Notes: generated by a model from the letters alone, not told the origin. Shown: positions 13,412-26,419, counted from the first letter of the stretch. The stretch: 64,000 bases of DNA from Penicillus capitatus (GCA_965649825.1 OZ287719.1:62001-126000); one strand, 5' to 3'. Made by a program: numbers and translations.

Positions 13412-14926
13412 ATGAACCAAAGCGACGGCTCGACATCCCGCGTCGTCGGGTTCATTGTCCCTCGTGAAACGGCCGAATCTGTCGAAACGACCCCGACGCC
13501 ATCGACGGACGCGTCATGTCTATCGGGCTCGCCTTTGGTCGTCTCCATACCGCCCTCCTTTCAGGCCACCCCTCGAGGTCCACCCAGTGAGGCACCTTTC
13601 GGTAGAGGCGGGTCCAAATCGTCGACCTCGGAGTCGATCCTCAACGTCGACCCATCCACAGCGCCCGGCTCCGATGGATTGCGCCAGATGACACCTACGG
13701 ACCGAACGAACGCACCTCCACCGATGACCACACCATCGCCTGCTCAGCCATCTGCCAAGCAGCCGAAGCCAAAGCCGCCAAAGAAGGACCCGCCGCCAGC
13801 CCAGTCGAACAAACCTGGCCCGCGCGGAAGGGGGGAGAAAGTAAAGGATATGAGAAAAGGGAGCAATGCTCCATGCATTGCACTCTTCAATCATTTAGAG
13901 CCATTTCAGCCGTTCTCTCGCCAAGACATGATGCGACAGGAGGAGTTCTGGTCGCTCGATCCCGTTTTCGTCCAGTTCTGTGTGGACTACGGCGAACGGA
14001 AGATCAACGAATCTACGGCCTGCAAGGCGCTACTGGAGGTCTGGCTTCACGCCCTACAGAGCTTCCAGCAGACAAAGAGTGACCTCTTCTACACTCGAGA
14101 ATTTCTCACTTTTCTGAACCATCACATCAAATGCTTGATCCGGTGCCGGGCGATGAACATTGCGATGCGGAATGCGATCAAAGTGATCAAAGTCGAAGTG
14201 TCCAAGCTCAAATCTGGTGTCCCTTTGGAAGAAGGCCGCGATGCCGTGCGTCGCATTCTGCAGAATCTCATCGAAGAGCGTGTGGACGTGGCGCCCTTCA
14301 TTGCCAGTGAGGCCAAAGATCTCATTCGGAACGGAGATGTGATTTTGACGTACTCCGCTTCCGAGACCGTCCTGGCTGTGCTCTCCTACGCCTGGTCTCA
14401 ACAGGAAATGCGATTTCGGGTCGTCGTGGTCGATGTCCGACCCGAATGCGAAGCCAAGAGCTTTCTCCATCGTCTCATGCAGATGGGCATTCCCTGTACG
14501 TACCTCTTTCTCAACGCCCTCTCCTTTGCCCTCAAAGGCGTGACCAAGATCTTGATCGGCGCCTCGGCCGTTTTGAGCAATGGGACAGTCGTGAGCCGCG
14601 CTGGGTCAGCCGCCGTGGCGATGATGGCCCATCGGTCACACATTCCGACGATCGTCTGTTGCCAGACACTCAAATTCCACGAACGGGTCCAACTCGATTC
14701 CTTTACCCACAACGAACTGGGCGATGCGACAGCGCTCCTCTCATCGGCATCGGATCTCACACTTGATCACTCTTTTCTCAGTCTTCTCAACATCCGTTAC
14801 GATTTAATGCCGGCGGCTTTTGTTTCCATGATTGTGAGCGAGTTAGGCATTCTCCCCGCCTCTAGTGTCCCTGTCATTCTCCGTGAACAAGCCAGTAGCG
14901 AAAAGGAACCGCCGACTCTCATTTAA
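13412..14926 (+). CDS. EIF2B4: Translation initiation factor eIF2B subunit delta (intronless)
   Basis: LFNHLEPF, CRAMNIAMRNAIK, GDVILTYS, VLSNGTVVSRAGSA, KFHERVQLDSFTHNELG, YDLMPA. Confidence 0.92.
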   Translation: MNQSDGSTSRVVGFIVPRETAESVETTPTPSTDASCLSGSPLVVSIPPSFQATPRGPPSEAPFGRGGSKSSTSESILNVDPSTAPGSDGLRQMTPTDRTNAPPPMTTPSPAQPSAKQPKPKPPKKDPPPAQSNKPGPRGRGEKVKDMRKGSNAPCIALFNHLEPFQPFSRQDMMRQEEFWSLDPVFVQFCVDYGERKINESTACKALLEVWLHALQSFQQTKSDLFYTREFLTFLNHHIKCLIRCRAMNIAMRNAIKVIKVEVSKLKSGVPLEEGRDAVRRILQNLIEERVDVAPFIASEAKDLIRNGDVILTYSASETVLAVLSYAWSQQEMRFRVVVVDVRPECEAKSFLHRLMQMGIPCTYLFLNALSFALKGVTKILIGASAVLSNGTVVSRAGSAAVAMMAHRSHIPTIVCCQTLKFHERVQLDSFTHNELGDATALLSSASDLTLDHSFLSLLNIRYDLMPAAFVSMIVSELGILPASSVPVILREQASSEKEPPTLI

Positions 14927-14962
14927 ATCACACTTTTAACACCGATCATCATCGTCATCATC

Positions 14963-15355
14963 TCAATAGAAGAACCCAATCACTTTGCCTCCGACTTTCT
15001 TCCGGCGCGCTTCGATGTGTGTCATGATTCCAGAAGATGTCGTCAGGACGATGTGTCCAAAGAGACGCGATGGCAGCAGGCGTCCCACCCATTTCTCGAT
15101 GTCTTTGTGTGAGATGTTGTATCTCGGAGAGATGACGCCGCACTTGTTGAGACGGCCATTGAGCTCCACGACGATTTTGCCAGAGCGTCTGTCGTCGACG
15201 TACTCGAATTCCCCGATGTACTCGTGCTTCTGCATGAGTTGCAGGAATTTGATGATCACTTTGGACACGGGGCGCAGCAGAACTTGACGCTTCCCGCGGC
15301 GCTCGGCATTGAGAATGGAATTGCAACAGTCGTGCAAGACACTTACGAGCACCAT
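14963..15355 (-). CDS. RPS15A: 40S ribosomal protein S15a (uS8)
   Basis: 130 aa with [62 protein letters not shown]. Confidence 0.97.
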   Translation of the reverse strand: MVLVSVLHDCCNSILNAERRGKRQVLLRPVSKVIIKFLQLMQKHEYIGEFEYVDDRRSGKIVVELNGRLNKCGVISPRYNISHKDIEKWVGRLLPSRLFGHIVLTTSSGIMTHIEARRKKVGGKVIGFFY

Positions 15356-15419
15356 CGTCGATCAAACGCGCTCGATGGCGGCGGAACGTATAGAATGCCT
15401 TAAATGATGATCCTTATGA

Positions 15420-15737
15420 TCATTCCCGTTTCCTTGTCTGCAATAGAAAACCATGCCAGTTGGGAATCTCGTCCTTCAGAATGTCTTTGACTTTTCGGTG
15501 CTGTGCGATGGTAGTGAGTCCCCTACGAGCGGCAAGAGGTGATAAGGGAGACCGTGTGTACGTTCGATGGTACTGGAAATCGGTGGAGGCGACGTCGATG
15601 TTGAACATCGTCCCGCAGCCGCCGCTCGTGTCTTCGACGATGACATGACTGTTCTTGAGGTGTCGTTGTAAGAGCGAGGTGATCTTCTGTACGGCGGACG
15701 AAGAGGCAAAGGCTCTTCGAGGCGTCGTTGTCCACAT
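15420..15737 (-). CDS. BolA family protein (organelle-targeted); one intron
   Basis: VEDTSGGCGTMFNIDVASTDF + GLTTIAQHRKVKDILKDEIPNWHG match the BolA3-type signature. Confidence 0.85.
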   Translation of the reverse strand: MWTTTPRRAFASSSAVQKITSLLQRHLKNSHVIVEDTSGGCGTMFNIDVASTDFQYHRTYTRSPLSPLAARRGLTTIAQHRKVKDILKDEIPNWHGFLLQTRKRE

Positions 15738-16829
15738 TGAATGACCTCGATCAATCAATTGTATACGATATCTTATACCGACGGGCACACGCATCAGTTG
15801 GTGCGTTCGTGCAATGGAACGATCATAGCTTCTGTGCATGGCACACATCTAGCTGCAGCTTTAATTTGGATTCTTCTGTGCTACAGCTGAGTTTGTGTAT
15901 CTTGAAAGATTACGCTCTACCAGAAGGAGTTGTCCTCAAAGAGGTCGATCGTCCACAAGATCATTTAATAGCGTCCTTCTGTTTGGATCCGCTGTTCGAG
16001 TACCAAAGGTGTCTTCTTTGTCTGCGCCTGGAGTTTTGTACCATTAACTGCAGCTAAACTGTATGTCTGGCAGCAATCAAGCAAGGTATCGATTCATAGC
16101 AGTTGGATATGGCGGTTGGACTGTCATCAGCTGAAGTTGTCACATCAAAGTCGTCCAACATTGCCGTCGGTTAACGGTGTTTGTTATTCTCTCCTTTGTT
16201 CCTTCGTTGCATGACGCTTCAAAAGAGTGATGAGGATTCTATCTCTATTCTGAGGCTGGCTGTGAAGTCTTGCGCCAGAAAACTCGAATGCTGGAGCAAC
16301 CCGCGTCTTTTTTCGGCCCGAAGGAAATCTGTTCGTGCAGCCGACAAGGGTTCCTTTCTTAAGGAATGTGTGGTTTGACTTACCAGCACCAGACACTCAA
16401 TGGACATTGTGATACATCTTTTATTCGGACAGAAGCAATCCGGATAGAACCTGAAATAGCTGCACGTCTAACGCGCTACCGAGACCGGGAAAACGTTGTT
16501 TTGGCGGCGCACTCAGAACAATCGACATCTATACTTAAAGATGAACAGTTGAGATGGAGCTTTAGACGGCAGCTCCGTTCAATGGATTCCTTCAAACGTG
16601 CCTGACAGGCTAAACAGGATAAGAGTGTAACAGGAGACATCCGCAGTTGTAACCTTTAAGTACGCAAGAGAGACTGGAGGGTAGATCGAATCTGCGGAGA
16701 ACAGTCACGACTCATGCATATGACATTATACGGAGTCCTTCCGTATTTGTCCTTAATCGTCTTTGACGCTCCACGATCGAGCAGCATCTGTCCAACGGGT
16801 TAAATGTATCAGAACCCAGAACCGTTTTA

Positions 16830-18694
16830 ACTCACCCTTGCAATTTCAACACTTCCAACTGCTGCCGCAGTATGAAGTGGAGTGATTCCCCAATTGTTCG
16901 TCGCTTTGATGCTTGCACCTCTGTTAAGCAGGATCTGCGTCGAAGGCCTCTCTCTACCGCAGAAGAAGTAAAACAGTTTCGTCGACGCACCTTGACGATT
17001 TCAACATGTATATATGATATTGCGTCATGAAGCGCTTTCCAACCGTTTTTATCACTCGCCTCCATGTCTGCACCTCGATCAAGCAGAACCTAGGTCGACA
17101 GCCATCCGTCTCGGAAGACAGTGCACAGTTTTGTCAACGCACCTTTACAACTTCAACTCTGTTCTGCGACACTGCAACACTAAGTGTCGTCCTTCCGATG
17201 GAATCTCTCGACTCGATATCTGCACCTCGATTGAGCAGGACCTGCGTCGGAGAATGTGTCTCAAAAGACGGCGATTAGTCGCGTCGAAGCACCTTGACGA
17301 GTTCAACCTTTCCAGTCCCCGCTGCCGAAATCAGACCGACAGATGGAGCACTGCCGGTCGCCTCGAACTGTGCGACTTGGTCGAGTGTCTGTATCCACGA
17401 TAGACATCCTTATAAGACCCGAAGCGATCAGTATCGCTCGCACCTCTGCGATTTCGACGTATCCAGACGCTTTCGCCAACTGACTTGGAGTACGTCCGTG
17501 GCTATCCGTTGTCGCAGACTTTGCGCCACGACCCAGCAGAACCTACATCGACAGATATCGCTGGAGAGAGCTTGCGCATCCGCGTCGCACCATTGCGACT
17601 TCGGCATCTCCTCGAGATGCCGCCCAGGAAAGCGGCGTCCGTCGACTGCCGTCAGTGACGTCGAGCGTTGCGCCACTGTCGAGCAGAACCTGCAGAAGAT
17701 GCAATCACGATTTTTATAATGAGAGAGAGAGAGAGAGCGACGCACCTTCACTAGATCCACGATCTTCGACTGTGCTGCACGGTGGAGTGGCCTCTGTCCT
17801 CCTTCGCCCACCGCCTCTACGTTCGCTCCTCCACCGATGAGAGCCTGCAGACACGACGGTTCTTCACAGATCGCCGCCGAAAGCAGGACGCACTTTGACG
17901 ATCTCGACGGTCCCGTAGAGCGAAGCGTAATGGAGTGGTCTGTTTTGTCTTGTGTCGGTCGCCTCGGTGTTAGCGCCGCCGACGAGGAGAGCCTAAAAAA
18001 CTTCTGTCTCCGAGAAGCTTTACACAGCAGGTCGTTACTTTGACTATTTCCACGTTCCGGCTTGAAACGGCGTAGAAAAGCGGAGTCCATTGTGTAGCGG
18101 TTGCCGCTTCGATCTCTGCGCCCTCAGCGAGTATGAACTGACAAGACTCCTGTCAGCGAGATTCGCACCATCAAGGACGCACCCTTATCATGTCCGCCTT
18201 CTCGGACAGAACAGCGTAGTAGAGCGGCGTCAGCCCTGTCTCGTCCTTGGCTTCGATGTCGGCTCCTCCGCGAAGAAGTGCCTGCATGGGCGATAAGCTT
18301 CGACGAGCATAGTCAATAGGCATGTCGCACTTTCGCATCGTCAGTTTTTCCGTTGGCCACTGCCAGGTGAAGGGGAGTCGGCCCCGTGTTGCTGCTGCCC
18401 GCATCGTTACTTGCGCCGCTTCCGACCGAAAACTGCAAAGGCAATTTCCGCGGCTGCAGCCACCCGTAGCGGGACATCGATTACCTGATGTGTTTCATGG
18501 TCGATTTCGTTAGCGTCGACGCGCAGTCGCTTGCTATCGGGATGTTGCTCCGTGGACGACAGAACTGCTTCCACGGCAACACGCTCGTCGAGAGATGGAT
18601 GGAATGGTTCAGTGGCGGCGGCACCCTGGCTGGCGGATGTCGCGTAGAAGACCAGAAGAAGACACGTCCACGCGTGCAGCACGGCGCACTTCAT
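16830..18694 (-). CDS. Signal-peptide + ankyrin-repeat protein, paralog A1; multi-exon, 3' end approximate
   Basis: Start MKCAVLHAWTCLLLVFYATSASQG. Ankyrin exons QALLRGGADIEAKDETGLTPLYYA, QALIGGGANVEAVGEGGQRPLHRAA, GWKALHDA, separated by short introns. Confidence 0.65.
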
Positions 18695-19927
18695 GTTTCC
18701 GCGGAGAAACAGGTATTATACGACCGCGAACGGGAAATGTTCTATACTCGGACTGAAATGTGAAGTTTGAATCAAATGCGACCTCAGGAATGGAATGCAT
18801 GGTCGAATTTGTATCGCGTCCGAGCTGCCATCTAAATGCTGTACTGGACATCATCGTCGCCTCTCGTCATCGTTTTACTGCGACTCATCTCGCATGCAGC
18901 AAATCTCAGATACTGGTTATCATGCGGCCAGAGCAGAGAGAGGTCGGTTATCCTGCGACTCTCCCCGTGTCCGTCTCTGAACTGTTGCGCGCGGTCGCTT
19001 TGCTCTGCGAGCGAGCGACACCCGCCCTCCGACGCTGACATGGGCACATTCATCCAGAACGAGAGATCTCTAAGTTTTTGGAGTTGCTAAGGACGGCTTC
19101 AGTTGGCAAAGGCTCTCTGCGTCGATATCCTGACAAAAAGAACGTCGTCACTCGGACAGCAATCACGCCGAATGGCACAGCGGATCTGTCGCGACCGTCG
19201 AATCTGATAGCAGTCGGACATGTCTGCTGTATTGCACTCTTCTTTGAAGCCTTGCATGGATGTACAGGAGACTTCGTGGAGAACTACTGCGTAGACACGA
19301 CGTGTCTAGCACTTTGCACATCTGTCGGATGCGACAGGTCATGATGCACCACCATGAGTCGCTTGTCTGCGGAGCGATTCGCCTAGGAACTGACACTAGT
19401 GGAAAGCGACTTGTGAAGCGGTCGATGCGTCTGAGGATATCTTGTGACCTGACAGACGAACTGTAGAATGATGCGGTAGACGGTCTGACCTGATATCTGG
19501 GAACAAGGCTACAGCCAGTTTGCAGAGAATGGGCAACTCCGTGTGCCTGTGACGATTCCACCTCGTTTGATTCGAAGAACTGATCGCATTGACGCTCTGT
19601 CGCAGACAACGGTTCCCGTTTCCTCGGTGGTGCACACTCTATCCTCTTGCTGGTTGTCGATGACGAGGTATGAGGCGTGAGGTACTGTGCGACGCCATGC
19701 GATTTCGTCTGCTGCGTGTCCGAGGCAGCCTTCTGTCTGTCTGTCTGTCTGTCTGACGCTGTTCTTGCTCGTCGTGGCTGTTCTTTGAGAAGACGCACAA
19801 TGATGCAGCGCACCGTCAGATTCGGGGGTAGCGGACTCGCCGTCGCTGCGCGTTAGATTCGCCGTCTCGACATGACGTCGACAGTGTGTCAGGGCAGTTG
19901 TGACGCACTCGTCTCGGCAGCCACCTG

Positions 19928-20423
19928 ATGGACGACGTAATGTTCATGGTCTTCATTGGCGACTCGGAAGAGAGAATCTCGTTCTACAGCGCAGCAAAGA
20001 GGAAACTTGTCAGTGTCGACGACAATGGAGCGATGTTCTGCGAATCGGAGAGGAGCATTGAAGACGGCACGATTCTTTACGGATGGAAAACGGGAGATGG
20101 GTCGGCCTAGACGCCACATGAGGAGCACGTGGAGGCGGCAACGTGGTTACAACTCGAGATTATCCGAACTCTTCTTAAGGGACTACAGATCTATATTTCA
20201 AACGCACTGGTGGAAGCAAGATAAGAGTATCTGCGCGTCAGCAAAGACGAGGAACACGTCGCGACGCGTATATGCGGAGGACAAAGAGAAACTCCTGCAG
20301 GTCGTTGGCCTCTATGGGCCGTCCGAGATCTACGCCGACCTATTCGTAGAAGCGCCAATAAACTGCGCCGTCTGTTCTGCCGGCAAAGAAAGAACACTGC
20401 AGCTTGAAATGCTGGGGAACTAA
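19928..20423 (+). CDS. Unknown small protein, possibly spliced or frameshifted
   Basis: Two overlapping ORFs (19928..20110 and 19956..20423) with protein-like composition. No family recognised. Confidence 0.25.
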
Positions 20424-20654
20424 GTTAGCAGCGTCAACATTCGACGCGCCCATCGTTTGCGCGTGCTTGAGCTGCGTCACCTGCGTGATTCTGTGGGGCC
20501 TTCGCAACTTGCAGAATTCTGGAACGTGTGTCCTTGCATGTATAAGGACATCAATCACTTCAAACAGATGGTCACATCACGTGATGGTCATCAGCCGTCG
20601 CGATAAAGATCTGACCACTGTCGGGTCCGATCCGTGGCAAGTCTACCAGCGTGT

Positions 20655-22803
20655 TTATCTTCCGGCGTTAAAGACGACGAAGATACGATTTCCAGCCGAG
20701 CCCGAGGAGAAGGCCCTGCGAGGTCGGGTCTCCGTAAGAAAGCTGTCTTGTCTGTGTTGTTCCAAGTCGAGCAGACCGTTTGTCCTCAGTCGCTGCGCGT
20801 CACATACCAAGGCGACCGACATGCGTGCACACGCGCTGCCCTCTAAGTCACACGATGGTTCTCTTGTGGTTGTTACAGAGAACGACATGAGCAGAGCGGC
20901 GTAGAAGGTTCTGCGGACACCATCTCTGTAAAGGTGATTTGCGCATCGAGCGTTTTCCGTTGTTTCGCCGAAAGGAAGGAGTGATCGCATCCATTCTCTG
21001 AGGAATATGTGATGTCTGATCGTGCAGTCTTCCGAACCACATCGCTTTAGTCGCTGAAGACTGAAGTGCATCTCAATTTCTTCGAGCCACTATTACTGGA
21101 TCTCGGCGAATGTCGAAGGAGAAACGATGGTCCTGTCTGTGCGAGACTCCTGTCACATTCTGTGCGAGGAAGTTCACGATTCGTCGCATCGTCGACGGAG
21201 AACGTGGGCGAAAGCGGCGCGATTCCGTCACCCCTGACTCGCAGTTTGTTCCAAACTCCAAACATCTGTGTTTCTTCGGCTAAAAGCCGTAGAATCTCAT
21301 CTTCCCCCTTTACCCAGCTAGTGACAACAGAATCGGGATTCATGCGTTCCATCGAGACCTTATGCAAAACAGTCTCGGCATTGTCTTTCGGTAGGACATC
21401 ATTGCCAAAAAGGAAAAAACACCGCAAAAAACGCCTCGGCTAGCACAGGAGAACGGTGCCCGACATTAAAAGAAGTGTCCGTCGGGCTTCAATCGAGACA
21501 CGATCTCGTCGGGAATAGTGCAGAACAGCCCAATAGTGCATAGGTAATCGTATGCAATGTTCCCGCAGACGTCTTCTGCAGTTGTGGATGCTCCTTTGTC
21601 GAGCAGCATCTGTGGAGCATCGAGCGAGTACTGCACAGTGGACAAACAGAGTGACGCACCTCAATGATCTCGGGTATTCCGATTGCTGCGGCTAAATGAA
21701 GAGGTCTCGCTCCGCTGGGTACCTTTGTTTTTTCGACATCGGCGACAGCTTCAAGCAGAGCCTGCACAAACAGATTCTTGTCTGGGAGAACCTCCGACAC
21801 ACGAGATGGATGTACTTTTATTGCTTCGACGTTCACAGTGGTTATTGTGGCAATGAGTGGTGTCATTCCAGCAACATTAACTGCGTCGATATCTGCGCCT
21901 TCATCGATTAGATACTACACAAGAGTCCCACTAAGACAGAGCGTTCATGTGGCTCGAGACGCACTTTCATGACTTCAGCAAATTCACCCTGCATGGAGGG
22001 TTCTAGCCGCTCATCAACTACTGTCAGCGCCGCTGCGAGAAGTGCATTATTTCCTTTGGTGTCAACTGCTTTGACATCTGCGCCTTTACTGATTAGATAC
22101 TACAGAAGAGTCTCACGACGACAGAACGTGCGTGCGGCTCGAGACGTACTTTCACCATTTCCGCATTTCTTCTACCAGACGCATAGAGAAGCGGAGTAAG
22201 ATGAGCGAGATCGGCTGCTTCGATGTTTGCTCCTCTGTCGATTAGATACTACAGAAGAATCCCGCGACAAATGAAACGTCCGTACAGTTCGTAACACACT
22301 TTCGCAACTTCTGTTCTGTCCTTAAACAGCGCCCAATGGAGTGCAGTCCATCCATCGCTGTCGATCCCCTCGATGTCTGCTCCGTCGTCCAGCAGAGCCT
22401 GTTTACGAGTGGTCCTTCTCTGAGAACCTTGTCACACTGAAGAGACGCACCTCCGCTTATTTCACGTCTCCATCCATCGCCGTCAGGTGAAAAGGAGTCG
22501 TTTCCTGTTTGTCATGTGCATGGAGCTTTGCGTTGCGCTCGAGCGGCATACGTTGTCAGTCTCCGCTGGCGCGCATAACCTAGATCATGGTTGCACCTGG
22601 TGAAGTTCGTCCCTCTTTTGAACGGCGAGGTGTGAGGTAATGTTTCCGCCGTCCACGCCCGCGAACAACTGTGCCCCTTTCAGACAACGACACACACGTT
22701 TTTACGACGTCGCGTGAAGCTAACCGGTGATACCACGGCTGCCGGATGCCACACGGGAAGCGAGCAGAAGACAGAGCCACACGTACAGCACACGGCACCT
22801 CAT
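20655..22803 (-). CDS. Signal-peptide + ankyrin-repeat protein, paralog A2; multi-exon
   Basis: ATG 22803 MRCRVLYVWLCLLLASRVASGSRGIT, then a GT intron. Ankyrin exons (ALLDDGADIEGIDSDGWTALHWA; GARPLHLAAAIG; DNAETVLHKVS), then a non-ankyrin C-terminal ORF (REWMRSLLPFG...). Confidence 0.65.
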
Positions 22804-23235
22804 GTTCACGCGAACGCGAAACGTCTATGCGGCGCAGAGGCAAAGCGTTTAGCACGGACTGGAATGCGAGGCTTGAAACAAGGCACTGACAAAGACACGT
22901 GGTCGAATTTGTAGGCTGTCTGGACTGTCCTGCGAATGCACCGGACAGCATCCTTGCGTCTCCTCCACGCATTTTCGCGCAGCATGACTCGGATGACGAA
23001 ACCTCGAACGTCTTTCTCCACAGCACGGGATGAGGGCTGGGGAACGTTGATTCTCTGGCGAGTCGCTCTGTGTGACGCTGCACGGTGTTGTGAGAATTCG
23101 CTCGAAAGGGTAAAGGAATGCGCGTTCGCGGTAGGCTGTTCGTTTGTGAAACGTACAGATCGCAATTACAATCCTGTGATCCAGCGCGTCCATTTTAATG
23201 TTCCTTTTTTCTAAGATTATTCTCATCGTATTCCA

Positions 23236-26200
23236 TCAGAACATGGGCCCACCTATCTTTCGCCGAAATGGTTGAAGAAAATCTCGATGTACGTTATAGG
23301 GGTAAGACCCGTCAGGCAGTTCGATATCCCAACGATGTTCACTACGTTTCTTTGTCAATACACAGGGAGAAACCCACTTAGAATAGAGCTTAGAGTCTAA
23401 GCGATCAACTAATTTGGAGTTGTACCAAGATACTTCCATGCCCTCGTGAATAGGAACATCTTTGACGTTCTTTGCATATCTCTTGGCAGACTGCTCGTGT
23501 GCTCTTTTGTTTCTCTCGTAAGCCAGTTTCCGATCTGTTGCTAATTGCTCATCATTTGCCAGTCTGCCACTTCTGTGAATTCCTTTAAGGAGATATCTTG
23601 GACAGAAAAGAGTAGTGCAATGCACTGTTCGATTTATTTCTTGCACACATTCGTTGATGTGTTCGGTCCAGTCTCCTCTTTTCTCTTTCCAAATTCTCTT
23701 TAGACGATTGACGAAGTTCTTGTTGTACGCTTCAATTGTGCCGGCGCTTTTATGTGAATAAGGGGTGTGTGAATGATGTCAACGCCGTATCGCTCACAGA
23801 AACTCTCAAACTCTTTTGAGATGAATGCTGCTCCATTGTCACACAGGATACGTTCCGGTGGGCCATTCAATGCAATCCAGTTCTTCAGCAGCTTTATAAT
23901 CTGAGTAGTAGAGCACGTTTTAGATGCTTGCGCCGTGCCAGACTTGGTAAATGCATCTATTCCGGTTGCGATAAAACGATAACCATGCATTCCTCTAGGC
24001 AACGGACCGATGAAATCTAAACACAGGGTATGGTTCGGTGTCGGACTATCTGTCATCCCCAAATCTACGTTGTGTTGCAATTGTCTAAATTGCTGGCAAA
24101 CATCACAAGTCTGAACGAAACTTTTGACGTCTTCGTAATCATTTTCCCACCGGGACCCATCCGATCTCAAATTCAACCACGTCTTTCTAATTCCAAAGTG
24201 GCCTTTGTGTGCTCTAGCAATCGCTTCCCTTGTTGTACCCCGAGGGTACAAACTTGGTAGCCCTGGTGTTTTTGGTTGATTTCCGAGGTCACTGGATTAG
24301 CCACTTTCCATCGACTGAGTACATCTGCAATCGCATTGTCCTTCCCTTCTACGAAACGGAAATTCAGTTTATCTAGTGAAAAATGATGCCTCAGCCAACT
24401 ATACTGTCGTTGTATCCTTAAATCCTTGAACTTGTGCAAAAATGTTGGCTCCTTCAGCCACTCTATTGTAGCCTGGTTATCCGAATATACGGTAACAGTA
24501 AATCCCTTCGTCATGTAAAAACATTGCTTTAAAGCTTCCACGATCCCCATCAATTCCCCCAAAAAACTTCCTACCTTCTCGCTTGTAGCGAACGAACCAA
24601 AAACACATGGTTGCAAAGCTGAGTTAAACAGAACGAATCCAAACTGGTTCAAAGGATTTCCACACCAATCGGTGTACAAATGAAACGGACCCACCCTCCG
24701 TAGTGTCAATCTGTATGCATTGATACACAAATCGGTCACTGTCTCCTGAAAAATCTTATTCGCTTGTTTGTAATCATTATTTTCTCTTTTAAGAAACGGC
24801 TTCAGCTCATTCATGACATGTGTGTATTTGTAGCAATATGGTGCGACTTGTTGACACAGCCCCACTGCTCTTTGAACGTCATGGCGTGATTCTACCCTTG
24901 GCAACTTCTGTAGAATGGCTTGCAGCTTGTGGTATGGGTTGATGGTGCCATTATTCAGTTCTGTACCCAAAAAACTCACGGAGCTCTTGAACCAATCACA
25001 TTTTTGTATGTTGATCGTCAGACCATATTCATCAAAACGCTGTAATAGCAGCCTAGTCTTTTCAAAGAGATCATTCACTGTTTCTCCACCCACTAATATA
25101 TCGTCAAAATATCTTATCGCGTCTAGTCCTTGCAGAATGTGAGTCATTCTATTATTAAAGAGCTCCGGACTTATGTTAACACCCTGCGGAAGTCTGCGGA
25201 AACCATATGTTACCCCCTTCCAATGCACTGCAAAAAACTTAGACAGACTATCGTCTATTGGTATTGAACCGTACCCATGAACCACGTCAATAATATTAAA
25301 AACAGTCCAACTAGGATCGATTTTACTAATTGCGCCAGCTACCGGGGTTATTGTGCCACCCTGACTCCCTTTTAGATATGTGTTGATATCTCTGAAGTCA
25401 ATAGTTGGTCTTATTTTCCCATTTGGTTTTCTCAAAAAGTTCAAAGGTGCCACGACTGCATGAATGGCTTCCTCCGTGGATAACACTCGAATGATTTCTT
25501 CTTCAAGTAACGACTCTATCTCTTCGGTAATCTCTTTTTCGGTCAAATCGGAAAAATAGTTTTCTCGCCAGCAAGGTTTAGGCTCAAAATTCCATAATAG
25601 ATCTCTTTCGCTAACTCTAATACGTAGTAAACTCTCATTCGCTGATCTAACCTTGTCACAAAAAACATTCGGGAACATGCCTTTTAACCTCTGTACTAAA
25701 CTCATCGTGTCGTGCTTATCTGCTGAACTCGTCACCATTTGTATTTTCTTCGTATCGTTCTTTAATGCATGCTTCACCCCGTTAACATCGATAATCTAAT
25801 CTATGTTCACCTTTCCACAGACCAACTTCATTTTGCTTGTGATATGCTGTGGAACATCAGTTTGGTTGAAGATTACTATGCTTATTTGCCCATTTGTGTA
25901 AATCTTGCAACGGCAGAATATTCCTTTATTTTGTGTGCAGTCAAAAATTGCTTTCCATTCTGCGTCTTCGGAAAATCTAAAAGGTAAGATAATTCTTCTA
26001 CTCTTAAAAGGCCCTAAAACTATACTCCTTCCTGCCACAAAGATGAGCCACCCATTTCTTTTAAAAGGAAAAAATTCCGGTTTGATCTCCTCTGTTACAT
26101 GGAGGCAACCAGCACTTGAGACTTATTTTTGTTTCCTTTTCCCCTTTTTTGTCCAATTGCGACTTATGAGAATTAGCTTTTTGATTTCACCCCCCTTTTC

Positions 26201-26419
26201 TCTTCGATTATTTGTCGCCTGCTGAAAAACAGGCTCCTCTGTCAGTTTTTTTGGCAATGATACCTGGTGAATAAGAATCTTTCTACCGTCACTATCAAAA
26301 ACACAATCTTGTTCGCAATCTAAACGGAGGCCTAGCGTTTGTAAAGCTTCTAACCCCAAAATTGGCTTTGTCACCCCCTTGCATACTAAGAACGAGAGTT
26401 TTGTTTTCCTTGTCGCCAA
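23236..26419 (-). pseudogene. Family 1 copy A pol (protease C-half, dUTPase-like, RT, RNase H, integrase), disrupted
   Basis: RT RPTIDFRDIN/LPQG/RYFDD; RH LYTDW..NAIADVLSR; IN HKGH..CDVC, DFIGP, DNGAAF. Stops at 26123 and 25796; frameshifts near 24270 and 23760. Confidence 0.9.

Noticed and set aside
26123-26125. TAA/TAG read as Gln (non-standard ulvophyte code) to explain in-frame stops in pol
   Set aside because: Host genes IFT54, eIF2B-delta and LACS end at TAA at their expected C-termini, and the TAG at 25796 is TGG in copy B.
23750-26410. Programmed recoding at the shared family 1 frameshifts (protease, RH/IN, within IN)
   Set aside because: None has a canonical slippery heptamer plus structure, they break domains internally, and both copies descend from one duplication, so the sharing is not independent evidence.
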